A stretch of DNA of 64,000 nt, taken from positions 9,660-73,659 of the forward strand of contig DATFNP010000042.1 of NCBI GenBank assembly GCA_035266345.1, in the 5' to 3' direction. Shown here piece by piece: positions 14,258 through 24,351 of this stretch (positions within the stretch are counted from its first letter, which is position 1; each line of letters opens with the position of its first letter). The position numbers and the translations under genes are program-made. The stretch comes from Candidatus Sulfotelmatobacter sp. Lineage in GTDB: Bacteria; Acidobacteriota; Terriglobia; Terriglobales; Acidobacteriaceae. The notes under the pieces were generated by a model that worked only from the letters and a program-made list of their open reading frames with translations, did no database searches and had not been told where the DNA came from.

Positions 14258-16615
14258 ATGATTGGCGAAACCGTATCCCATTACCGCATTCTCGAGCAGC
14301 TGGGCGGCGGTGGAATGGGAGTCGTCTACAAGGCCGAGGACACCGAACTTGGCCGCTTCGTCGCCCTGAAATTCCTGCCCCACGACCTGGCCAAAGATCC
14401 TCAGGCGCTGGAGCGCTTCCGGCGCGAGGCGCGGGCCGCGTCTTCGCTGAACCATCCCAACATCTGCACCATCTACGAAATCGGCAAGAGCGGCGAGCGC
14501 ATGTTCATCGCCATGGAGTTCCTCGACGGTGCAACGCTCAAGCACCGCATCAACGCCCAACCGCTCGACAAGGAAGTGCTCCTGACGCTGGCGGTCGAGA
14601 TTGCCGACGCGCTCGATGCGGCGCACTCCAAAGGCATCATTCATCGCGACATCAAGCCCGCGAACATCTTCGTGACCGAGCGCGGTCACGCCAAAATTCT
14701 GGACTTCGGCCTCGCGAAGGTTGACGTCGGAAACTCCACTTCCACTTCGGGTAACACGCAAACCCTCGACCGCGCGCAGTTGACCAGTCCCGGCTCGACC
14801 CTGGGTACGGTCGCCTATATGTCTCCGGAACAGGCGCGCGCCAAGGAACTGGACGCCCGCAGCGATCTGTTCTCCTTCGGCGTGGCGCTCTACGAGATGG
14901 CGACCGGAATCCTGCCCTTTCGCGGAGAGAGTTCTGCTGTCATCTTCAAAGCGATTCTCGATGCCCAGCCCGCTCCGGCCCTGCGGCTGAACCCGGATTT
15001 GCCTCCGGAGTTGGACCGCATCATCAACAAGGCCCTCGAAAAAGACCGCGATCTGCGCTACCAGAACGCTGCTGACCTGCGCGCCGATTTATCGCGACTG
15101 AAGCGCGATTTGGACTCCGGACGGTCTTCTCCTGCGGAAGTCGTCGAAGCACCGGAAAAGATGTCATCCGCCAAAGTGCCCGCCGCTGGAGGTTCGCGCT
15201 GGCCTCTCTGGGCCGGCCTCGCCGCACTGCTGGTCGTGATTGCCGTCGGAGCTTCCTGGCTGCGGCCAAAGACCGGGGCCAACAACGTTTCTTCCATCGC
15301 GGTTCTGCCTTTCGTAAACGCCACCGCCGACCCGAACAATGAATACCTCAGCGACGGCTTGACGGAGAGCTTGATCAGTACCCTCTCCCAGCTTCCGGGC
15401 ATGAAGGTCATGGCGCGGAGCACGGTGTTCCGCTTCAAGAACAGCCAGGACGATCCGCAGAAGGTCGGGCAAACGCTGCAAGTTGCTGCCGTGCTGACCG
15501 GGCGCATCACGCAGCATGGGGACGAACTCGGCATTCACGCCGAACTCGTCAATTCCGCCGACGGCAGCGAGATTTGGGGCGCGCAGTACACGCGCAAGCA
15601 GGCGGACATCACGCAGGTGCAAAGCGACATCACGCGTGACGTGTCCAAAAGCCTGCACGTGCAACTGAGCGGCGAGGAGCAGCAGAAACTGGGCAAGGCC
15701 GGAACCAGCAACCCGGAAGCCTACCGCCTCTATCTGGAGGGCCGCCAGCAATGGGCCGGACGCACGCAGCAGGGCCTGAAGAAGAGCATCGAGTTGTTCC
15801 AACAGGCGATCGCCGCTGATCCTAACTACGCCCTCGCTTATGCCGGACTGGCCGATACCTATAACGTGGCCCCAAGCTATGACATCGGGATTGGCTCAAA
15901 GCAGGCGATTGCGCTTTCCGATGACGCCTCGCGCAAGGCCGTGCAACTGGACGGTTCTATTTCCGAAACGCACAATTCGCGTGCCGCCGCGTTGGCGTCT
16001 GATTGGCGCTGGAGTGAGGCCGAGACCGAATTCCGGCGCGCCATCGAGATCAATCCCAACAATGCCCATGCGCATTATTTCTATGCCTTCCTGGTGTTAG
16101 TGCCCGAAAACCGTGCGGACGAGGCTCTTGCAGAATTTCGCACGGCGCTTTCGCTGGATCCGCTCTCCCCAATCGTTAACACAAATTACGGCTGGACCCT
16201 GATGGTGGCGCATCGGTATGAAGAATCCTTAGCCCAATTCCAAAAAGTGATAAAGCAGGATCCGAACTTTGGGCCCGCGCATTTCAAATTTTCACACCTG
16301 TTGGCCACTATGGGTCGCTATGCAGAGGCGGTGGGCGAGATGCAGAAGTTGGAGGAGCTCCTCGGGCATGTGTCGGTGACTCCTGACGCCAACGGGTATT
16401 GCACGTTGAATCAGGCAATCACCGGAGCCGACAGAATGCCATCGTCAGCCCTGGCCTGCGCGACCACCAACCGCGAAGTTGCGCTCCGGGCGATGGAGTC
16501 CGGGTCTGAAAACGGAGATCTGGTCGGGGAGTTTATGCGTGGCCCGGAGTTTGACCCGTTGCGTTCCGATCCGCGCTATATCGAAACCATGCGGAAAATC
16601 GGGCTGAACCCATAG
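14258..16615 (+). CDS. Serine/threonine protein kinase with TM segment, periplasmic-like domain and C-terminal TPR repeats
   Basis: [38 protein letters not shown] kinase motifs. TPR-like repeats in the C-terminal third. Confidence 0.95.
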   Translation: MIGETVSHYRILEQLGGGGMGVVYKAEDTELGRFVALKFLPHDLAKDPQALERFRREARAASSLNHPNICTIYEIGKSGERMFIAMEFLDGATLKHRINAQPLDKEVLLTLAVEIADALDAAHSKGIIHRDIKPANIFVTERGHAKILDFGLAKVDVGNSTSTSGNTQTLDRAQLTSPGSTLGTVAYMSPEQARAKELDARSDLFSFGVALYEMATGILPFRGESSAVIFKAILDAQPAPALRLNPDLPPELDRIINKALEKDRDLRYQNAADLRADLSRLKRDLDSGRSSPAEVVEAPEKMSSAKVPAAGGSRWPLWAGLAALLVVIAVGASWLRPKTGANNVSSIAVLPFVNATADPNNEYLSDGLTESLISTLSQLPGMKVMARSTVFRFKNSQDDPQKVGQTLQVAAVLTGRITQHGDELGIHAELVNSADGSEIWGAQYTRKQADITQVQSDITRDVSKSLHVQLSGEEQQKLGKAGTSNPEAYRLYLEGRQQWAGRTQQGLKKSIELFQQAIAADPNYALAYAGLADTYNVAPSYDIGIGSKQAIALSDDASRKAVQLDGSISETHNSRAAALASDWRWSEAETEFRRAIEINPNNAHAHYFYAFLVLVPENRADEALAEFRTALSLDPLSPIVNTNYGWTLMVAHRYEESLAQFQKVIKQDPNFGPAHFKFSHLLATMGRYAEAVGEMQKLEELLGHVSVTPDANGYCTLNQAITGADRMPSSALACATTNREVALRAMESGSENGDLVGEFMRGPEFDPLRSDPRYIETMRKIGLNP

Positions 16616-16619
16616 AAAG

Positions 16620-16982
16620 AATCGAGTTTCCTACCGCGCCGCCGCCACACTTTGTGAGACGAACCGCAACCCCGCCGCCAGGCAAAGCCCCAATCTCCGC
16701 GGTGTAACGGTAAAACAACTGCAGCCCTTCCAGGCATCCGGCGTCGAGTTGGTAGTAGATATTCTCGGTCAGATAACTGCGGACTTCCGTCTCGCTGAGC
16801 CCAGGCGCGGCGCCCATTCTTGGGCGATCTGATTTAGACTGGCCGACTCCAGTCCATGATCGCGCGATTCGCCAAAAAACGCCGCCAGATCGAGCGAAGG
16901 ATCCGCCTCGCCCAGGGCCTGCTCCCGCACCGCACAATCCCAACTTAATCGCTCGACATTTTCGCCGGGGTGGCCGGATTTC
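16620..16982 (-). pseudogene. Remnant of an MqnA-like (futalosine-pathway chorismate dehydratase family) gene: C-terminal part only, frameshifted
   Basis: One frame gives LDLAAFFGESRDHGLESASLNQIAQEWAPRLG. After a +1 shift, another gives LSETEVRSYLTENIYYQLDAGCLEGLQLFYRYTAEIGAL, which resembles an MqnA C-terminus from memory. No N-terminal two-thirds is present. Confidence 0.4.
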
Positions 16983-17051
16983 TCACCCCTCTATAGCTAT
17001 CCCAGTCAAACGGGCCTATCCTGGCCACAGCGCCGGCCAAGTTCGATTCGC

Positions 17052-17621
17052 CTAGGGAGCGCTATGCCCCTTGCATTGCATCACGCCCAGATAGGCGCTC
17101 CACGGGCCTACTGCGTCACGATACTGGTGAGCCATGACGCGGGCGAGTTGATGCAAATGATTGAGGTCGTGAACGGCCCAGGTTGCGAGAAGTTCCGACA
17201 GCGTCACCACTCCCAACGCTGGATGCCTTCCGCGCCGGGCCAGGTCCCCCGGCTTTAAATTCAGCGCCTCGAGCGCAACCAGATTTTCTTTTCGCAGGCG
17301 GGCGAACTCATCGAGGAGTTGCTCCAGCGACTTGCCTTGGCTCTCTCTGGACTGCGCAAAGCGGTCGAAGGGATCAAAGGGCTTCGCTTCGCCGTTCTCC
17401 AGAATGATCCGCAGGCGCGGCATCCAGTCGGTGCGCTCGCCGACGATCAGGTGGCCGACGATGTCGAACGCGCTCCATGTGTCTGCCCCCAGGCTGCCGC
17501 GTCCTTCGTTGCGGAGCACCCAGGTGTCGGGCAGGCCGCGCAGCAGCGCATTCAGGGTTGCAGGAGTGCGGGAGAGAACGGCGATGGCTTCGGACAGGTC
17601 GAATTCCGCCAAGCTTGGCAT
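17052..17621 (-). CDS. DinB-family (DinB_2-like) protein
   Basis: WSAFDIVGHLIVGERTDW and LATWAVHDLNHLHQ are His-containing helices typical of the DinB/YfiT fold. Confidence 0.8.
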   Translation of the reverse strand: MPSLAEFDLSEAIAVLSRTPATLNALLRGLPDTWVLRNEGRGSLGADTWSAFDIVGHLIVGERTDWMPRLRIILENGEAKPFDPFDRFAQSRESQGKSLEQLLDEFARLRKENLVALEALNLKPGDLARRGRHPALGVVTLSELLATWAVHDLNHLHQLARVMAHQYRDAVGPWSAYLGVMQCKGHSAP

Positions 17622-17693
17622 GCCTACGTAGATGCATGCCTGGCACTTTGGACTCAAGCGACGTGGAGGGATGACGACCTACGCTGAAAGAAC

Positions 17694-19931
17694 TTATTTC
17701 TTCTTGCCCAACTTGCGCGAAATTTCCGCGACGATCTGGGGCCGAAGGTCAGCCAGCACACTGTCCACGATGCTGGCTATCTCGGCCGGGTCGGACTCGG
17801 CTGAGTTGGAATCAGCTTCGACGGGAGCCGTCTCAGGGGCTTTTTCCGCGCCCGCGGCAACAGCCATGGCGGCCTCGTCCTTAGGGGTGTGCGGTTCTTC
17901 AGCTTCTGTCTTTGGCGGCTCCGGCGATGGCTTGGCCTTGGCATCTCCGGACTCGCGGATCTTGCGCCAACTCGCCCACGCGGCCGCTGTGGCCGCCGCT
18001 GTTTCCGATTCATTTTCCGCCGTATCTTTCTTGCCGCCAGCATCAGATTCAACGGGCACCGGGGCCTCGGCGATTTCTGAAACCTGGCTGGCGGAAATCG
18101 GCTGTGCCAGCATTTCATTCACGAAGTCTGGTGCGGGTATTTCGGGCTGCTGCGGAATCCCTTTGGTAGCTTCTTCTCCAGCAGCAGGGGCGGAAGGCGC
18201 GGCTTCTGCCTGCGGCTCTTCCTGAACGGGATCAGCAAAAACCGGTTCAGGCACTACCATCTCTTTGGCCACTTCTTCTTTGGCCACTTCCACCACCGGA
18301 GCAGCGGCTTCGTTGCCGGGCGTCTCTTCCGCCTTTGCCTCGCCGACCGGCGGCACCTCGTTCGATGTCACCTCGGACACGGCTTGAGCGACGGATTCGG
18401 TGGCCTCGGCGACAGCAGGTTCCGGCTCTGGGGCGAACGGCGGATGCACCGGGCTGACTGAGGCCGTCACGGTTTCAAATTGCTTGACCACAGCGCTGAA
18501 TGCTTCCGGCACAACGCTGGCCGCAGCACTCGCCGCAGCACTCATGGATTGCGCCACTTCTGGCAACGGAGTCACCGACTCAGGCGTCAGCGGTTCTGCC
18601 ACCGGCGTTTCGGGAGACGAGAAGGTTTCCACTACAGCAGGCTGATTCCCTGAGAAAGCCGCAACTGGCGCAGCCAGCGCTGCCTCCGCCACGGCAAGAG
18701 TCTTCTGCATCTCCTGTTCGAGGAAAATCCCAGTCTCCTCGGGGAGAAGCGCGACCGGCACAGCGATCCAGCGGGACCGAACTCCCGCGAATTCTCCAGC
18801 GGCGATTGCGGCCATGGTCACGGGCTCGTCCGCGGTGGCGTGGCCCCACGAACCATTGCCCGAAGCTGGTTCTTGTTCCCGCAAACCCGGTTCCCGCGAC
18901 ATGTAGGCAAGCTGTGCGTCAATCGGGGTCACCTCATCCGCGAGGCTCAGCTCAGTCAGACCCGCAGCTTTCGGCAGTTCCTCCGCGCGATCTTCTCCGC
19001 GAGCTTCCGCCGAAGCATCCGCCTCTTTCTTAGGCTCCTCAGCGATAGCCTCGAACGCGGGCGATGCCATGACTTCTGCGGGCAGCTGGGCGGCAGGCTG
19101 CGCTCCCACTTGCTCTTCGACCGTATATTCCCCATCGGTTTTCGGATCGATTTCCGCGGCTGTGGCCTGAGACGCAGGGCTTTCGATCATCGTTCCCTTG
19201 ATCTGGGCAGCCGCGGCCGCCAAGGCAGCGATCTCTTCCGGGGTAACATCCTTGGGCAAGCCCTGATGGGCCAGCGCTCCAAGATCAACGCGCGAGTTCT
19301 CCGGCTTGACTTCCTGGGACACAGGCGACGGCTTGGACTCCACCGTCGTACGCAGATCCTTATTCACCGGGTTGTAGATCGCAGGATCGTCAACATCGGT
19401 CTCCTGCGGGGTGGTTCCCTTCTTCTTCCCAGACGGAAAGGCAATGCGATTTTTCCAGCCTGAGTCCTCTTCCACGGCAACGGCAGGGTCGCGGCGGCCT
19501 TCCTCGACGGCCGCAATGGCACGGGCGAAACGGCCCGGCTTCGAGGCCTCGGCTCGGGGCACAATTTTGTCTTCCAGTTTGCTCAGGGCGCTCAACAGTT
19601 CACTGGCTTCAAAAGGCTTGACGATGTAGCCTTCGGCGCGCACGCGCTTGGCTTCTTCCGGCTTGAACGGTTCCAGCTTCCCCACCGTCAACAGAATTGG
19701 AATCCGCGCCGTCTCGCTGGCTTCCTTGAGGCGTTGGCACACCTCCAGCCCGCTATACCCGGGCATATACACGTCCAGGATAATGAGGTCGGGTTTCCCC
19801 TCGGCGATCTTCTTCAGTGCGGCAGAACCGTTGTTGACAGTGAGAACCTCGTAGCCAGCATCCGCGAGGATCTTCCGCCCCATGTTCTGGGCGGTCACGC
19901 TGTCGTCGGCGAGCAGTATCTTCCTGGCCAA
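17694..19931 (-). CDS. Response-regulator receiver domain protein with very long Ala/Pro/Glu-rich low-complexity tail
   Basis: KILLADDSVTAQNMGRKIL..DLIILDVYMPGYSGLEVC..PILLTVGK..GYIVKPF receiver motifs. Probable TTG start at 19931 (LARKILLADD) preceded by AGGAAA. The ORF track extends to 20030. Confidence 0.85.
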   Translation of the reverse strand: MARKILLADDSVTAQNMGRKILADAGYEVLTVNNGSAALKKIAEGKPDLIILDVYMPGYSGLEVCQRLKEASETARIPILLTVGKLEPFKPEEAKRVRAEGYIVKPFEASELLSALSKLEDKIVPRAEASKPGRFARAIAAVEEGRRDPAVAVEEDSGWKNRIAFPSGKKKGTTPQETDVDDPAIYNPVNKDLRTTVESKPSPVSQEVKPENSRVDLGALAHQGLPKDVTPEEIAALAAAAAQIKGTMIESPASQATAAEIDPKTDGEYTVEEQVGAQPAAQLPAEVMASPAFEAIAEEPKKEADASAEARGEDRAEELPKAAGLTELSLADEVTPIDAQLAYMSREPGLREQEPASGNGSWGHATADEPVTMAAIAAGEFAGVRSRWIAVPVALLPEETGIFLEQEMQKTLAVAEAALAAPVAAFSGNQPAVVETFSSPETPVAEPLTPESVTPLPEVAQSMSAAASAAASVVPEAFSAVVKQFETVTASVSPVHPPFAPEPEPAVAEATESVAQAVSEVTSNEVPPVGEAKAEETPGNEAAAPVVEVAKEEVAKEMVVPEPVFADPVQEEPQAEAAPSAPAAGEEATKGIPQQPEIPAPDFVNEMLAQPISASQVSEIAEAPVPVESDAGGKKDTAENESETAAATAAAWASWRKIRESGDAKAKPSPEPPKTEAEEPHTPKDEAAMAVAAGAEKAPETAPVEADSNSAESDPAEIASIVDSVLADLRPQIVAEISRKLGKKK

Positions 19932-20147
19932 AGGTTTCCTCTGATGCGGGGAGATATCGCGAAGGTAACCCGGCTCACAAGCTAAGTCAATGATGCAGAA
20001 GGGAAGTAACAGGTTACCAGCGGACAACAACTACCGGAAACGACCGAACCCGGGCCAGACTGGGACTGCCCCTGAAATGGTCTTGTTCAGACACACGAAA
20101 CCACCCGATGAGAGATGCGGATGCGGCGGTCCCGCAGTCGTACAGTG

Positions 20148-21608
20148 CTAGAAGGGAACGATCTTTTTCAGCCCCTTCTTCTTCTTTTTCTTGCTGCTGG
20201 AGAGCTCCTGGTCGCTGGCTGGAGCTGAATTGTCGGCGCTGGCCGTGGCCGACGACGACTGTCCCTGCTGGATCTCATTTACCTGCGGCGGAGGAGGAAG
20301 CGACTTATCGCCTCCTGAATCCACCGGTTTCAGTTCATTGGGATCGGCCGGGGAGTTGGGCTTCAATTCGTTGGGATCGGCCGCTGCGGGCGGGGCAGCA
20401 CCCGGTGCGGCCGGCCGCCCGAACGGCGATGCACTGGGTGCGGCCGCCGAACCAGGAGTTGGTTCATTTTCCGCCGGCTGATCGGGCTTCAGGATTACCA
20501 CCGATGCCAAACCCTTGTTGCTCGGCTCCAGGGCCGCGATCGTTTCTCTCCTCTGAACCTCGGTAGCGCTTACCGGCGTTGGATCCACCAGCGTCGGATC
20601 GCCCACCTTGGCCGCCTGGGAAACGTCCGGCCCCCTCTTCACGACCCCCATCAACTTCTGCATGGTTGTGGACTCGCGCCGGCTGGCGTCCTCGGCTTTG
20701 TTCTGCGCCACTGCTGCTTTGGTGGGCCGGGGAATTGGCTGGTTGAGAGCCGCCAGGCGCTTCCTGGCGTCATCGGCGCGATCCATGATGGGGTAACGCG
20801 TGAGAATCTTGTCGTATTGCTCCGCCGCGTGCTTGCTGAGATCATCGATATAGCGTGCTTTATCAGCCTCTCGCGCGCAACCTCGCGGCATGCCATGGGC
20901 ATCGCATGTCGGCAGATTGCGCAGGCGCGCAATCTGTCCTTCGTAGTTCTGCCCGAGCAGATACAAAGCCTCATCGGCGCGGCTGTATAGGGGATATTTT
21001 TCCACCAGCGACTGCAGGCGCGCGATCGAAGCAGGATAGGACTCCCGCAGGTAGTAGAAACGCCCGATTTCGAACTCGCGCTCGGCCAGCACCTCCTGCA
21101 CTTCCAGCAGGCGCTGCTTGGCCTCCGGCACCAGCTTGCTGTCGGGGAACTGCATGATCATTTTGCGGTATTCATCCTCGGCACGCTTGGCGTGGGTGTA
21201 GTCGCGGTCCGCTTTTTCCATCTGCTGGTAATGGATGTTGGCGATCTTCAATTGCGCTTCGGCTGCTTCCGGCATGTTGGGGAAAAATGTGATGAAGTCG
21301 TCGTACTCCTGCTCAGCCTGCGCCAGCGCCGCGGTTCCTCCCTCGGCGTACCACGAATCGCCGACTGCCAGTTTGGCGCGGGCGATGAACTCGGAATCGG
21401 GATAAGTGTTGATCAGCGTCTGCAGCTGCAGGCGGGCCACGTCGAAGCGGTTGTGGCGCATGGCGTCCATGGCCTTGTCGAACAGGACTTTGTCCGGCTG
21501 CTTCGAACCGACGTTGGCCAGGGGATTGACGGACTTCTTATTAGTGCAGGCGGCGGTGAAGATCAGCAAAACGCCCAGCACCGCAAGCCAGGGATTTCGA
21601 CGTGACAT
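20148..21608 (-). CDS. bamD: Outer membrane protein assembly factor BamD (TPR lipoprotein) with extended low-complexity C-terminus
   Basis: Lipobox LIFTAAC. BamD-like FDKAMDAMRHNRFDVARLQLQTLINTYPDSEF..AKLAVGDSWY..EREFEIGRFYY. The tail has DPNELKP repeats and a KKKKKK run. Confidence 0.85.
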   Translation of the reverse strand: MSRRNPWLAVLGVLLIFTAACTNKKSVNPLANVGSKQPDKVLFDKAMDAMRHNRFDVARLQLQTLINTYPDSEFIARAKLAVGDSWYAEGGTAALAQAEQEYDDFITFFPNMPEAAEAQLKIANIHYQQMEKADRDYTHAKRAEDEYRKMIMQFPDSKLVPEAKQRLLEVQEVLAEREFEIGRFYYLRESYPASIARLQSLVEKYPLYSRADEALYLLGQNYEGQIARLRNLPTCDAHGMPRGCAREADKARYIDDLSKHAAEQYDKILTRYPIMDRADDARKRLAALNQPIPRPTKAAVAQNKAEDASRRESTTMQKLMGVVKRGPDVSQAAKVGDPTLVDPTPVSATEVQRRETIAALEPSNKGLASVVILKPDQPAENEPTPGSAAAPSASPFGRPAAPGAAPPAAADPNELKPNSPADPNELKPVDSGGDKSLPPPPQVNEIQQGQSSSATASADNSAPASDQELSSSKKKKKKGLKKIVPF

Positions 21609-21649
21609 AAGACCTCTGGAAAATCTTGCGTGGGACCAGCCCACAAAAC

Positions 21650-22348
21650 CTAAACTCTCTGCAGCGCGGCCTCGGTCGCCGCCTTCAGCAGGGCTTCGGC
21701 ATTCTTCCTTGGATCACCATTGCCGAACACGGCGTTGCCCGCCACCAGAATTTCCGCTCCGGCGCGGACCACATCGGCCACGGTATCAAGCGCCACCCCG
21801 CCATCCACTTCGATGCGGTAGGTCAGCCGGCGTTGTCCACGAATCTCGGCTAAACCCCGCATTTTGTGCAAGGTGGACGGAATGAACTTCTGTGCTCCAA
21901 AGCCTGGATTCACCGACATCACCAGCTCATAATCCACAATGTCAAGCACTTCCGTGAGCGTCTCGACCGGCGTCGCCGGATTGATGACCACGCCGGCCAG
22001 GCAGTCGTGGCTTTTGATCAGATGCAGCGTGCGGTCCAGATGCCGGCAAGCCTCCTGGTGCACCGAGATCCAGTCGGCGCCCGCGTCGGCGAAGGCCTGG
22101 ATGAATTCATCCGGGTTCTCAATCATCAGATGGCAATCGAGCGGCAAATCGGTCACCTTGCGCAGTGACTTCACCACCGGCGGCCCGATCGTCAGGTTGG
22201 GCACGAAGTGACCGTCCATGATATCCACATGGACGAGACTGCCCCCGCCTTCGGCCGCGGCCTGCACTTGTTCGCCCAGCCGGGCAAAATCAGCCGAAAG
22301 AATTGACGGTGCCAGCTCGATCAACCTGGGGCCTCGGAACCTGATCAC
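21650..22348 (-). CDS. rpe: Ribulose-phosphate 3-epimerase
   Basis: APSILSADFARLGE, HVDIMDGHFVPN, DCHLMI, MSVNPGFGAQKF. Confidence 0.95.
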   Translation of the reverse strand: MIRFRGPRLIELAPSILSADFARLGEQVQAAAEGGGSLVHVDIMDGHFVPNLTIGPPVVKSLRKVTDLPLDCHLMIENPDEFIQAFADAGADWISVHQEACRHLDRTLHLIKSHDCLAGVVINPATPVETLTEVLDIVDYELVMSVNPGFGAQKFIPSTLHKMRGLAEIRGQRRLTYRIEVDGGVALDTVADVVRAGAEILVAGNAVFGNGDPRKNAEALLKAATEAALQRV

Positions 22349-22419
22349 TCAGAATCGGTGTTCTCGCAAGGAAGCTACTTGTGGAAATTCTAACACGGTG
22401 AGCAGTATCGAGTACCGAG

Positions 22420-23358
22420 TTGCGAGTACCGAGTGAAGTGCGACCGAGGGGCGCCGACCCAACGACCGGCGGGGGCGTCGTGTTACCCTCATCCGGCGTG
22501 GCATCGCTGACCCAACTCGCGCCCGCTGCGTACGCCGTTACCGCCGTATTTCTCTGGGGCGCGAGCGACTTCGCCGGGGGACTTGGCTCACGCCGGGCCA
22601 ATGCGTTCGTCCTGACCGCGTTCTCGCATATCTGCGCCTTCGCATTGATGTTCGCGGTGGCATTAGGACAGCACGGCGCATTTCCCTCGCGCACAAGCAT
22701 CCTGTGGGCATTGCTGGCGGGCGGGGTCGGGGGATTTTCGCTGGCCATTTTCTATCGTGCGCTGGCCTCAGGGCAGATGGGTCTCACGGCTCCGGTCGCG
22801 GCCCTGATGGGTGCGGCCATCCCGACGCTGGCCGACATCGCCATGGAAGGCGCCCCCAGCCGCTGGACGTTTGCCGGCTTCGCCCTCGCCATTTTCGCCA
22901 TCTGGCTGATCACGCGTCCGGAGCCTTCCGGTGACAACGATGCCTCCGGCCACCCGAAGGGGGTCGCCATGTCTGCCCTCGCCGGGATCGGATTCGCCGG
23001 TTTTTATCTCTGCATTCACCAGGCCAGCGGGTCGCCGGTCTGGATTGCCACCATTTCCCGAGTCGGATCGTTCAGCGCTACGGCCATCGCGGTCGCCTTA
23101 ACCCGCGCTCCGCTGGCGCTGGACCGGTCGGGCGCGGCGCTCGGCATGATGGCAGGTTTTCTCGACATTACGGCCAGTGCCCTGTTCATCTTTGCCAGCC
23201 AGCACGGGCGTCTCGACGAAGCGGTCGTAATCACTTCCCTCTATCCGGCCGTGACGGTGCTTCTGGCGCGCCTAGTGCTGAAAGAACACTTCAGCCGCTG
23301 GAAATTTGTGGGGCTGCTGGCGGCGCTGGCAGCGGTGCCGATGATCGCGGCAGGGTGA
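22420..23358 (+). CDS. EamA/DMT-family transporter
   Basis: About ten hydrophobic segments. FLWGASDFAGG is an EamA-like motif. The exact start is uncertain (the ORF-track start is TTG). Confidence 0.75.
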   Translation: MRVPSEVRPRGADPTTGGGVVLPSSGVASLTQLAPAAYAVTAVFLWGASDFAGGLGSRRANAFVLTAFSHICAFALMFAVALGQHGAFPSRTSILWALLAGGVGGFSLAIFYRALASGQMGLTAPVAALMGAAIPTLADIAMEGAPSRWTFAGFALAIFAIWLITRPEPSGDNDASGHPKGVAMSALAGIGFAGFYLCIHQASGSPVWIATISRVGSFSATAIAVALTRAPLALDRSGAALGMMAGFLDITASALFIFASQHGRLDEAVVITSLYPAVTVLLARLVLKEHFSRWKFVGLLAALAAVPMIAAG

Positions 23359-23405
23359 TTGCCATCATTCCATATTCCAGAATATAGAATGTTGAAGGAT
23401 AGCCG

Positions 23406-24236
23406 ATGGCGCTGCTTGAGATCCGCAACCTGACAAAGATTTTCCACCAGAGCGATTCGCCGTTTGGGGGAAAGTCTGCCGGCGGCCTGAAGTCTGGCGG
23501 CGGTTTGACCAGAGAAGTCCGCGCCGTGGATGACGTTTCGCTCGACATTCAGGCGGGCGAGACACTTGGACTGGTGGGGGAATCCGGCTCGGGCAAGAGC
23601 ACGCTGGGACGCCTCATTCTACGCCTGATCGAGCCCACTTCCGGCTCCATCTCCTTCCAGGGCCGCGACCTGCGCTCGGCCAGCGGTGCCGAGATGCGCC
23701 GCGTGCGCCGAGACCTGCAGATTATCTTTCAGGATCCGTTCGCCTCGCTCGATCCCCGCTTCCGCGTAGAAGACATCGTCGCCGAGCCGCTGATCATTCA
23801 TGGCGACTCGCAGGGAGACTCCAGGGAGGACATCGGCCGCCGCGTCGTCGAACTTCTGCGCGCCGTAGGCCTGGATGAATCTGCCCTGCGCCGCTACCCG
23901 CACGAGTTTTCTGGCGGACAGCGCCAGCGCGTCGGCATCGCCCGCGCCCTAGCGTTACGCCCGAAATTTATCGTTTGCGACGAACCGGTCTCCGCCCTGG
24001 ACGTAAGCGTGGGCGCGCAGATCGTCAACCTGCTGGCGCAATTGCAGCGCGACTTCGGACTGACGTATCTATTCATTTCGCACTCGATGCCGGTGGTGCG
24101 CTACCTTTCGACCAGGATTGCGGTGATGTATCGGGGCAAGATCGTCGAGGTCGGGGACACTGAACAGATCACGGGGCGTCCCGCGCACGCCTACACCCGC
24201 AGCCTGCTAGAAGCCACACCAGAATTGCTGGCGTAA
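23406..24236 (+). CDS. ABC transporter ATP-binding protein (oligopeptide/dipeptide OppF/DppF-like)
   Basis: Walker [10 protein letters not shown], signature FSGGQRQR, Walker [13 protein letters not shown]. Confidence 0.9.
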   Translation: MALLEIRNLTKIFHQSDSPFGGKSAGGLKSGGGLTREVRAVDDVSLDIQAGETLGLVGESGSGKSTLGRLILRLIEPTSGSISFQGRDLRSASGAEMRRVRRDLQIIFQDPFASLDPRFRVEDIVAEPLIIHGDSQGDSREDIGRRVVELLRAVGLDESALRRYPHEFSGGQRQRVGIARALALRPKFIVCDEPVSALDVSVGAQIVNLLAQLQRDFGLTYLFISHSMPVVRYLSTRIAVMYRGKIVEVGDTEQITGRPAHAYTRSLLEATPELLA

Positions 24237-24351
24237 CGAACCGTGGCGACAGCCGTCCTTCGACTGCGCGCAAAGCTTGCCCTGAGCCTGCCGAAAGGGC
24301 TCTCGGCTGTCCGACGAGCGCAGCGGGAAAGCGCCGTGCCATACTCTCTGG

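Noticed and set aside
14044-14761. 226-aa plus-strand (Arg/Gly/Pro-rich) and 173-aa minus-strand ORFs overlapping the kinase 5' region
   Set aside because: They are alternative-frame or antisense shadows of the Ser/Thr kinase gene and the G-rich upstream region, with no motifs.
17632-18225. Multiple ORFs on both strands inside 17632-19630
   Set aside because: All overlap the low-complexity tail of the response-regulator gene. Repetitive GC-rich codons keep several frames open.
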